64,000 nt of DNA. Origin: an uncultured Myxococcales bacterium (lineage in GTDB: Bacteria > Myxococcota_A > UBA9042 > CAIXZC01). Positions 46,034 to 53,834 of the stretch are shown here, one piece after another. Made by a program: the position numbers and the translations under genes. The notes below the pieces were generated by a model that made no database searches, was not told the origin of the DNA, and was given only the letters and a program-made list of their open reading frames with translations. The stretch spans positions 25 through 64,024 of the forward strand of contig CAZFVN010000007.1 in the NCBI GenBank assembly GCA_964522395.1, written 5' to 3'. How positions within the stretch are numbered: position 1 is the stretch's first letter; every line of letters begins with the position of its first letter.

Positions 46034-47995
46034 ATGACTATGTTTAAGCAGATACTCGCGGCCGCGGCCCTGTTGCTCCTGGTACTTCCCGCGCAAGCGA
46101 CGGAAGTTCAGGGTTTCACCGTCAACAAGGTCGAAGGCGTCGGTGACCTGGAGGGGCAACTCAAGGAGCGGCTCACCGAGGACTACGTCGTCTCCTATAC
46201 CGATTGCCTATTCTATCTGGAGGGGTACGTTGCAACCGAGGGCCCCGAAGTTGCCTGCAGCAGCGATCTCGACTGCAAGGCCACCGATGGAGCCAATGCC
46301 TGCTCCAGCCTCGGAGGCATCACTGCTTGTGTCGAGTGCGCCAGGGATAGCGATTGTGCAATGGCCGATGATGGCAAAGTGTTTTGCGACCTTGCCACTC
46401 GAATGTGTGCTTTGGAGCCGGTGTCAGGCGAGTGCGCGGTGGACGCAGATTGCTCCATCGGAATTTGCGCGTTGTGGGACGGAGCTTATGTCTGTCTCGA
46501 ATGTCAGCTCAATGAAGATTGCCAGGAAGGCGAGTGGTGTCAGTTCAACGAGGCCGGCTCCGGCTGCGTGGTCGAGGCCGGAGGTACTGGTTGCGACCCT
46601 TGCCCCGAAACCTGTTTCCTCGATGAACTTGATGGTTTTCGCTGCGGCCAATGCCTCACTGACTTCGATTGCATCGAATCGGCCAACGGGCCCAACTGTG
46701 ACCTCTCCAGTCACTCATGCGACGTTCCCGCGACGCAGGGAGAATGCACTGCAGATGCGGACTGCGCCACCGGCTATTGCGTCCTTTGGGGGGCCGAGTT
46801 CAAGTGTGTTCCCTGTACCATTGACGCAAACTGTACTTCAACCGTGCCGGTGTGCCTTGCTGATGCCGTCTCGACCGCCTGTGTCGGTTGTGTGGATGAC
46901 GGAGATTGCACAACGCAGGGTGACGGCCTCGTCTGCAACTCTGTAACGACCCAGTGCGAAGTGAAGTCGGGAGGAGAGATTGCCGCATCGCCCAAGATTC
47001 TTGTGCGGTTCTCAGTAGATTCCTCCTCATATCCGTCCGGCGAATACGCGGTAAAGGTGGGAACCGCCTGTTCCGAATCGGGCGATGGCATGCTTGATTC
47101 CGAGGACTCCGACTCCTGCTCCACGGTAGCCTCCCGCAGAGATTTCGATGGCTCATATACTAATCTCGAGGTCACCGTTCCCCTCGCCGATATTCTGGGC
47201 GATGAATGTGTCGACGGGAGCGAAGGAGTCTCATCCATCTACTTCTATGCCAGCGTAGACGACGGGTTTACGCTCATCAACGAAGTCTCCAGACTCGAAA
47301 TACGATATGACTATGAGGCACCGATTCCCCCGCAGAATATTGTGGTAGAGCCGGGGGAAGGCAACCTGAAAGTAAGTTGGGATGATGACTCCAACAACGA
47401 GGAAGTGGAGTATCGAGTCCACTGGGCCGCCAGCATCTATGACGAAAGCAATAAGGATAAGGCCCTGACCAAGAGCGGTTTGACTGCCAAATCATACCAG
47501 ATCGATGACCTGGACAATGCAACCTCCTACTTCGTCGCAGTCACGGCAGTTGACGAAGCAGACAACGAAAGTGAACTCTCCACCGTAGTTGAGGAAATGC
47601 CGGTTGCGGTGGACGATTTCTGGGAATACTACAAAGGGGCCGGTGGCGGCGAGGAAGGGGGCTACTGTTTTGTTGCCACCGCCGCCTACGGCACTTCCAT
47701 GGAGCCGACGGTGATCGTGCTCCGGGCATTTAGAGACCGCGTCTTGCTCCCGTCGGCATGGGGCCGGGCGATGGTCGACTGGTATTACATCAATGGTCCT
47801 CTTGGCGCTAACTTCATCAGAGAGAGTAGAGGTTTACGTCTGGCTGCACGAGTAGTCCTTCTGCCCGCGGTTGCCGTGGCCTGGTTGACCGTCGAAGCGT
47901 TACCCGCTACCCGGATCGGGATTCTCTTGCTCCTAATGACCGGGGCCATGTTGCTTTGGCGTCGACGACTTCAGGTCCGGGGAGGGAAATCATGA
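46034..47995 (+). CDS. Surface protein: Cys-rich repeats, fibronectin type III domain, CFI-box-CTERM-like C-terminus
   Basis: Signal peptide; eight C-x2-[DN]-x-[DN]-C type repeats; FN3 (PPQNIVVEPGEGNLKVSW..YFVAVTAVDEADNES); CFVATAAYG..LRAFRD..WYY..GP plus TM tail. Confidence 0.8.
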   Translation: MTMFKQILAAAALLLLVLPAQATEVQGFTVNKVEGVGDLEGQLKERLTEDYVVSYTDCLFYLEGYVATEGPEVACSSDLDCKATDGANACSSLGGITACVECARDSDCAMADDGKVFCDLATRMCALEPVSGECAVDADCSIGICALWDGAYVCLECQLNEDCQEGEWCQFNEAGSGCVVEAGGTGCDPCPETCFLDELDGFRCGQCLTDFDCIESANGPNCDLSSHSCDVPATQGECTADADCATGYCVLWGAEFKCVPCTIDANCTSTVPVCLADAVSTACVGCVDDGDCTTQGDGLVCNSVTTQCEVKSGGEIAASPKILVRFSVDSSSYPSGEYAVKVGTACSESGDGMLDSEDSDSCSTVASRRDFDGSYTNLEVTVPLADILGDECVDGSEGVSSIYFYASVDDGFTLINEVSRLEIRYDYEAPIPPQNIVVEPGEGNLKVSWDDDSNNEEVEYRVHWAASIYDESNKDKALTKSGLTAKSYQIDDLDNATSYFVAVTAVDEADNESELSTVVEEMPVAVDDFWEYYKGAGGGEEGGYCFVATAAYGTSMEPTVIVLRAFRDRVLLPSAWGRAMVDWYYINGPLGANFIRESRGLRLAARVVLLPAVAVAWLTVEALPATRIGILLLLMTGAMLLWRRRLQVRGGKS

Positions 47996-48714
47996 GACGA
48001 TTCTTGCTCCTCACAATGACCCTCTCTCTCCTGGCGCTGCCCCTGACGGCGAGTGCTGATGAATCGGCTCAGACTTCGGCCATGGAGCTTCGCTTCGGCA
48101 CCTATCAGCCGGCCATCGATAGCGAATTCTCCGGCGATGTTTCGCCCTATGAGGATATCTTCGGCGACGAATCTGCGTGGCTCTTTGGAGCTGAGTATGA
48201 TGCTCAACTGTGGCATGGCTTCGGGTCACTCGGACTCTTCGGGTCAGCGGCCTGGGGATTTGTCAGCGGCAAGGGCGTTGCGCCGGAAGGTGCTGAGACT
48301 TCGGATGAAACAACCCTCTCCTTGGTGCCGTTGGTCTTCGGCGCGGTCTACCGCTTCGATGTTCTGGCCGATCGCTACAATATTCCCTTCGTCCTCACCG
48401 GCAAGCTTGGCTTGGACTACACCGTCTGGTGGATTCGGGACGGCGTTGACGAAATCACCGAATATAGCACCGGCAACGGTGGAACTCTGCCTGGCAACGG
48501 TGGAACGTTTGGCCTCCATTGGGCCGTCGGCCTCCACATCCTCCTCGACTTCTTCGAGCCGCACACCGCCAAGATCTTCGACAATGAAATGGGCGTCAAT
48601 AACAGCTATCTTTTTGCCGAATATGTGGGGTATTGGGTCAACGACTTCGGCGCATCGGACAGCTTTGACCTCTCCCATAGCGGCGTCGTCTTCGGCCTGG
48701 CTTTCGAACTGTGA
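47992..48714 (+). CDS. Outer-membrane beta-barrel protein (resembles myxobacterial MXAN_2562-type family)
   Basis: Start 47992 (ATGA overlap); signal peptide; LVFGAVYRFD..GKLGLDY..WW, GLHILLDFFEP..FDNEMGVNNSYLFAEY; C-terminal LAFEL. Confidence 0.7.
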   Translation: MRRFLLLTMTLSLLALPLTASADESAQTSAMELRFGTYQPAIDSEFSGDVSPYEDIFGDESAWLFGAEYDAQLWHGFGSLGLFGSAAWGFVSGKGVAPEGAETSDETTLSLVPLVFGAVYRFDVLADRYNIPFVLTGKLGLDYTVWWIRDGVDEITEYSTGNGGTLPGNGGTFGLHWAVGLHILLDFFEPHTAKIFDNEMGVNNSYLFAEYVGYWVNDFGASDSFDLSHSGVVFGLAFEL

Positions 48715-49484
48715 GACCGCTGCTCCTGTGGGTTCGGTACGATGGTACGGACTTTCACGGCTGGCAGATCCAGGCCCCCGGTACACGAACTGTCCAGGGG
48801 GAGTTGAAGCGAGCACTTTCCGCGATGCTGGGAGACGACTTTCGTCTGGCCACCTCCTCTCGCACCGATTCGGGAGTTCATGCTGCCCGTCACCCCGTAG
48901 TTGTGAAGACCGGCAGCACCATCGCAGCCGGTTCTCTTCAGCGAGGGCTCAATGCACTCCTTCCGGGGGATATGGCTATCGTCGATTTTCGGCCTGTGTC
49001 ACCCTACTTTGACTCTCGTAGATTCGCCCTCGGCAAGACCTACCGCTATTGCGTGGATGGATCTTTCAACCCCGACCCCTTCATGGAGCGCTTTTCCTGG
49101 CGCCCACGATCACGATTGAACCACGCCCTGATGGTGGAAGCAGCGCGCCACCTGGTTGGCGAGCATGATTTCGATGCCTTCCGCTCTATCCATTGCGATT
49201 CACCTACGACCCGGCGCCTCATTCAGGCGATCCATGTAGAGAGGCGAGGTAGAACCATTCAAATAGATGTCACTGGCAACGCTTTCTTGCGAAACATGGT
49301 GAGGGTTATGGTCGGTACGCTGGTGGACGTCGGCCGCAGACGACTGGCCCCCAATGATATTCCGCGAATACTGGAGAGTAGAGACCGCACCGAGGCGAGC
49401 ATGACCGCGCCGGCGCAAGGCCTCACCCTGATGGATGTCTACTATCCGGTAGAGCTGCTCTGCTACGGAGCCCACGGATGGTAG
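48711..49484 (+). CDS. truA: tRNA pseudouridine(38-40) synthase TruA
   Basis: YDGTDFHGWQ, SSRTDSGVHA, HDFDAFRS, GNAFLRNMVRVMVG, TAPAQGL; GTGA overlap with the barrel gene. Confidence 0.95.
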   Translation: MRPLLLWVRYDGTDFHGWQIQAPGTRTVQGELKRALSAMLGDDFRLATSSRTDSGVHAARHPVVVKTGSTIAAGSLQRGLNALLPGDMAIVDFRPVSPYFDSRRFALGKTYRYCVDGSFNPDPFMERFSWRPRSRLNHALMVEAARHLVGEHDFDAFRSIHCDSPTTRRLIQAIHVERRGRTIQIDVTGNAFLRNMVRVMVGTLVDVGRRRLAPNDIPRILESRDRTEASMTAPAQGLTLMDVYYPVELLCYGAHGW

Positions 49485-49590
49485 GCTCGGGCCATCCCTG
49501 GTCTTGCATATTTCCGGTTCGGCGCGTATATAATAAGACCACTCGGGGCGGGTACCTTCTCCCCTATTCGAGAGGCGAAAGAGGAACAAC

Positions 49591-50163
49591 ATGAGAGTAC
49601 ATGAATTGGCGAAACAGCTCTCCATGAAGAGCCGGGAACTGCTGGACGCATGTGAAAGACTCGGCATCGAGGTGAAGTCCCACGCTTCGGCCCTGGGGGA
49701 TGAGGAAGCGACTCGACTGAAGAATGATCTTCTGCAGTCAGAAGAAGAGGTGGAAGTCGAGGAAGTGAAAGCCACCGAAGCGTCGAATAAGCCCGTAGCA
49801 CCAGCCGTCGACCCCGGCAACGAGGCGCTGCCGGTAGAAGATGAAGACGATATCGAAGAGGATGCCGATGGCAATCGAGATGTCCCCATCCCGGCGAAAC
49901 GCAAAGGAGGGGGGGGCACAACGAGAGGGAGCACTCAAAGGCAGTGGGGAGGACTCTCCGAAGATGACCCCTTCTTCAAATTCGGGTCCCCTCCCGAAAC
50001 CTGGGGCAGTACCCGAAAGCAACAGGACCGACCACGCCATAGCCGCCCAAAGACCTATCTCGAGTGCACTAACTGTGGCGTCAAGATTGAGAAGAAGCGT
50101 GCCCATGGTGGCAAGAAGGTAAGATGTCCATTCTGTCCCCGCTGGATGAGGGAAGTGAAGTAG
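49591..50163 (+). CDS. Stand-alone IF2 N-terminal-like domain fused to acidic linker and C-terminal zinc ribbon
   Basis: MRVHELAKQLSMKSRELLDACERLGIEVKSHASALGDEEA; CTNC..CPFC at the end; no GTPase domain. Confidence 0.75.
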   Translation: MRVHELAKQLSMKSRELLDACERLGIEVKSHASALGDEEATRLKNDLLQSEEEVEVEEVKATEASNKPVAPAVDPGNEALPVEDEDDIEEDADGNRDVPIPAKRKGGGGTTRGSTQRQWGGLSEDDPFFKFGSPPETWGSTRKQQDRPRHSRPKTYLECTNCGVKIEKKRAHGGKKVRCPFCPRWMREVK

Positions 50164-50171
50164 GAGGGTCC

Positions 50172-50663
50172 GTGCCCGCCATTACGTTTGCTACACACGT
50201 CTGTCCCGTTACCATCGAGTTTGCCAACCGCAGAGTCACCCGGTTGAAGCTCCATTCGTCTGACGACAAAGATGGCCCCACGAACTCTGGCGGAGTGCCT
50301 GCCTGGCTACAACCACTGGTGGTACGCGTGAAGCAGCACATGCAGGGGGATAGTCAGAGCTTTCAGGATGTTGATCTTGAGCTGAGCGGGCGCAGCGACT
50401 TTGCGCGGCTGGTATACGCGGCTTTGCGTCAGGTGCCGGCCGGAGAGACCATCTCATACGGTGGTTTGGCGGCGCGTGTGGGGAGGCCAACTGCCGCCCG
50501 AGGTGTCGCCTCAGCTATGGCGGCGAATCCCATCCCGTTGCTCATTCCCTGCCATCGAGTAGTGGGGGCGAAGGGCCAACTCACTGGCTTTTCGGGGGCT
50601 GATGGCCTCGTCACCAAGGCACGGCTCTTGACCGTCGAGGGGGCCCCGGTCTCCATTGAATAA
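50172..50663 (+). CDS. ogt: Methylated-DNA-[protein]-cysteine S-methyltransferase
   Basis: VPAGETISYGGLA, AARGVA..NPIPLLIPCHRVV; GTG 50172 after GGAGG. Confidence 0.9.
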   Translation: MPAITFATHVCPVTIEFANRRVTRLKLHSSDDKDGPTNSGGVPAWLQPLVVRVKQHMQGDSQSFQDVDLELSGRSDFARLVYAALRQVPAGETISYGGLAARVGRPTAARGVASAMAANPIPLLIPCHRVVGAKGQLTGFSGADGLVTKARLLTVEGAPVSIE

Positions 50664-50707
50664 GCCATCGGCAGTGCTATGTTTTATTCTGGGTTGGTGA
50701 GGACGGA

Positions 50708-51910
50708 ATGACCAGGAGGAAGTTGGCCACAATGCGATACAGTCAATTGGTATGGTTGGTGCTGATTCTGCTGGCGAAACCGTCGATCTCTTGCGCGGAC
50801 GATGAGATTGTTCCGCCTCCACCACCTGCGGGGACGTTGCTCGCCGGGCCATACTTGCTTGGCCCGGAACCCACCGGAATAGTAGTGCAATGGGAGGTGC
50901 AGGGCCCTAAGGATTCGTCCATTGTTCTCTTGCTCCCAGATGATCTGGAGGTGCGCCATGCCGGCCAGCTCATGCCCGCCGACGAGCAGACAAAGGACCT
51001 CACCGGAAGGGTCTACCGTGTCTCTCTTTCTCAGCTCAAACCCTGCACCAGATATCGCTACCGGTTGGCGCCCTTCGAGACTGACATCAGCCACGCCTTT
51101 CGCACCCCACCACTGCCCGGTAAGCATTGCGCTGCAGGTATTTCCGTAGTGGTACTCGGAGACACCCGCTCTCATCCCACGCGGCATGCCAAGGTGGTAG
51201 AGGAAATACTCCCGCACCAGCCTGACCTGGTTATTAATACCGGGGACATTGTCAGCTTCGCTCGCCAGGTGGACCAATGGCAGGATTTCTTCGCAGTGGC
51301 CCGTCCGTTGCTCGCTGAGGCCGCTTTTGCATTGGCCGCTGGCAACCACGAGGGTTACCAGGACGAGGACTTCGGGGCCTCCATGATGGAACGTTATTTC
51401 GGCCTGCCAGGCCGCACCGGCACCGGCCATTATTCATTTGACTATGGACCGATCCACGTTGTGATCCTCGATGCCTACTGGGGCCGGTCGCTCTCGGCAC
51501 GCGGGAAGAAGTGGTTGCGCAAGGACCTTGCAGCCGTGCCCAAAGACCGCTTCAAATTCGTGGCCATCCATACCCCGCTCTATTCCTTTGGTCGGCACAA
51601 GGTATACTCTACGGCCATCGGATTGCGGGAGGTCATGAAGGAGTTTGGCGTCCACGCCGTCTTCTCGGGGCACTCCCATTCCTATGAGCACTTTCTTGCT
51701 GACGGCACCCACTTTCTGACCCTCGGTGGCGGCGGCGCATCTTTCCACGAACCCAACATGCAGGAGATCCCGGAGGAGAAGCATCTACTCCTGAATACCG
51801 GTGCGTTCCACCACTTCCTGTTGATTGATGTGCATCCAGAGGGCCTCCGTCTACGAGTCTACAATACCGACGAAAAGGTCCTTCACGAGGAGTGGAAGAT
51901 CCCCAAGTAG
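50708..51910 (+). CDS. Exported purple-acid-phosphatase-type metallophosphoesterase
   Basis: Signal peptide; N-terminal FN3-like domain; GDTR, GDIV, GNHE, HTPLYS, GHSHSYEH. Confidence 0.85.
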   Translation: MTRRKLATMRYSQLVWLVLILLAKPSISCADDEIVPPPPPAGTLLAGPYLLGPEPTGIVVQWEVQGPKDSSIVLLLPDDLEVRHAGQLMPADEQTKDLTGRVYRVSLSQLKPCTRYRYRLAPFETDISHAFRTPPLPGKHCAAGISVVVLGDTRSHPTRHAKVVEEILPHQPDLVINTGDIVSFARQVDQWQDFFAVARPLLAEAAFALAAGNHEGYQDEDFGASMMERYFGLPGRTGTGHYSFDYGPIHVVILDAYWGRSLSARGKKWLRKDLAAVPKDRFKFVAIHTPLYSFGRHKVYSTAIGLREVMKEFGVHAVFSGHSHSYEHFLADGTHFLTLGGGGASFHEPNMQEIPEEKHLLLNTGAFHHFLLIDVHPEGLRLRVYNTDEKVLHEEWKIPK

Positions 51911-52036
51911 GTCAATCCGCTTATCTCCCAATCTCGACCCTGCGTCCTCCTCGCTGTCCCCTGGTTTGCCTTTGTCTTCACCCTGTATTATCCTGTGGGC
52001 CGACCTTTTTGACGCGCTGCTGAGTGAGGATTCTGG

Positions 52037-53071
52037 ATGAGCCTTGGTACCCGATCTTCTGCCGCTGTCGCGGCCCTTGTCGCTGCACTCTTCTCCTCCG
52101 TTGTGATGGCCCAAACTGCCGCCATCATGAATAGCCATGAGCCGCTGCTTGACTGGCAGAAGAACACCTTCCTCTCCAGCGAAGAGGACCCGCCAGGAGC
52201 CACCTTGCTGGCCACCGAGAAACGCCTGGAAGGACGCCATTACGTTACCTGCGACGAATGGTACCTCCACAAGTTCGCAGACAAGATCAGAGGATTGGGG
52301 GGTGGATATGCCGGGGTGGGCACCGACCAGGCCTATCTCTTCCTCGGTTGGCAACGTCCACATCTGGCGTGGCTCTTCGACTATGACCCCTGGGTGGTCT
52401 ACATTCACCACGCATATGGCGTCTTCTTCCGAGAGGCCGAGACCATCGAGCAGTTCCTCGCGTTCTGGACCAAGGACAACCGTAAGTCCAGTATCGCCTT
52501 GCTCAAGGAGAAATTGGCAGACCATCCCAACATGAAGATCGTGGTGACGGTGTTTAAACATAACCGCTCCACTATCGACCGGCGACTGAGCCGGGTGATT
52601 CGAAAACTGGCCAAGGAAGACGTAACGAGCTACCTATCTGACCCTGAAGAATACGCCTTTGTGCGCAATCTCATCCTCGCCGGTCGCGTACGACCCATGG
52701 TTGGCGACTTGCTGGGGAAGAAGGGGCTTCTTGGATTGGCCGCCTCCGCTCGGGCGCTGGCTGTGCCGCTGCGGGTCCTCTACGTTTCCAACGCCGAAGG
52801 CTACTGGAAGTACAACACCGAGTATCGCATCAACATCATCGGGCAGTACTTCGATGATAAATCGCTCTTCCTCCGTACTGTGGCCGCCAAATGGACCAAT
52901 GGCGACTACCGCTACAATATTCAGAAGGCTTTCAACTTCCAGGAATGGCTCAAGCACGATTGGGTTACCTCCTATCGGCAAATCGTCCCCCGGACCAAGC
53001 TCAAGGGCAAGGGGGACATTCCACTGACTTATGTGGACAAGGACCCTACCACCGTGAAGCGCAAGAAGTAG
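52037..53071 (+). CDS. Exported hypothetical protein (methyltransferase-like fold possible)
   Basis: Signal peptide; GGGYAGVGTDQAYLF, LFDYD, LYVSNAE; family not confidently named. Confidence 0.55.
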   Translation: MSLGTRSSAAVAALVAALFSSVVMAQTAAIMNSHEPLLDWQKNTFLSSEEDPPGATLLATEKRLEGRHYVTCDEWYLHKFADKIRGLGGGYAGVGTDQAYLFLGWQRPHLAWLFDYDPWVVYIHHAYGVFFREAETIEQFLAFWTKDNRKSSIALLKEKLADHPNMKIVVTVFKHNRSTIDRRLSRVIRKLAKEDVTSYLSDPEEYAFVRNLILAGRVRPMVGDLLGKKGLLGLAASARALAVPLRVLYVSNAEGYWKYNTEYRINIIGQYFDDKSLFLRTVAAKWTNGDYRYNIQKAFNFQEWLKHDWVTSYRQIVPRTKLKGKGDIPLTYVDKDPTTVKRKK

Positions 53072-53079
53072 GAGCCCAC

Positions 53080-53766
53080 ATGATGTCTCTGCTAGTAGCC
53101 GCCATGCTCGTAGCAAACCTGACGGCCGAAACGCCGGCCAAGCGGCAGCAGCCAGAGACCTGTACCTACAAGACCTACCAGTGGAGCACCACCCAACGAA
53201 AATCAGTGAACCGCAAGACGGTTAAGAAGCAGTACTCGGACCTGGTGGCGGAAGAGAAGGGACCCGATTTTGAGAAGTCCGGCTGCACGGTCTGCGAAGA
53301 GGACCAGGTTGAGGTGGCAGTTGAAGGACTCCCGGTCATCAAAGTTTGCAAGTACTACGCCCCCCAAGTGCTGGAGGCCCTGACTGCGCTGCAGGCTGAC
53401 AAGACCTTCCGGATTCAGGAATTGGTCGGGTATCGCTGTGGCCAGACACGTGGACGCATCGTGGACGGCTTGCGCACCCAATTCTCCAACCACAGCTTCG
53501 GCACCGCCGTCGATATCAACGCCCGCACCAATGGGCTCTATCGTCGCTGTGATTTGAAGGGGAAGGTGCCCACCGTCGCTAAGGACATTGAGCGCTGCAA
53601 GAAGGGCATTGGAGGCGAGTGGAACCCGAAGAAGAACCGCAGGACTACCATCACCCCAAGCTCCAAGGCCTATGAACTCTTCACCACCTTGGTTGGTTGG
53701 AAATGGGGCGGCGAAATCCCAGGCCGCACCAAGGACTTCATGCATTTTTCGGTTGATGGTTTTTAA
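53080..53766 (+). CDS. M15-family metallopeptidase (D,D-carboxypeptidase / L,D-endopeptidase type)
   Basis: Start 53080 (AGGAG RBS); SNHSFGTAVDIN (H-x6-D), WKWGG..DFMHFS. Confidence 0.85.
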   Translation: MMSLLVAAMLVANLTAETPAKRQQPETCTYKTYQWSTTQRKSVNRKTVKKQYSDLVAEEKGPDFEKSGCTVCEEDQVEVAVEGLPVIKVCKYYAPQVLEALTALQADKTFRIQELVGYRCGQTRGRIVDGLRTQFSNHSFGTAVDINARTNGLYRRCDLKGKVPTVAKDIERCKKGIGGEWNPKKNRRTTITPSSKAYELFTTLVGWKWGGEIPGRTKDFMHFSVDGF

Positions 53767-53770
53767 TTCT

Positions 53771-53805
53771 GCCAGGGTGCGGCGACGTTGCGCCGCGACC
53801 CTGGC
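53771..53805. terminator. GC-rich hairpin between convergent genes, probable terminator
   Basis: GCCAGGGT-GCGGCG-acgttg-CGCCGC-g-ACCCTGGC, 14 bp with one bulge. Confidence 0.65.
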
Positions 53806-53834
53806 GCATTGCGTACCACCCAGATCTTCCGCAT

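Noticed and set aside
48053-49012. 319-aa alternative-frame ORF (also 46143-46946, 19813-20676, 53955-54815, 34891-35691)
   Set aside because: Overlap well-supported genes, Ser/Arg/Pro-rich, no recognisable domains
49591-50163. infB pseudogene
   Set aside because: The ORF is intact with its own zinc-ribbon end; no G-domain remnants downstream and wrong genomic context
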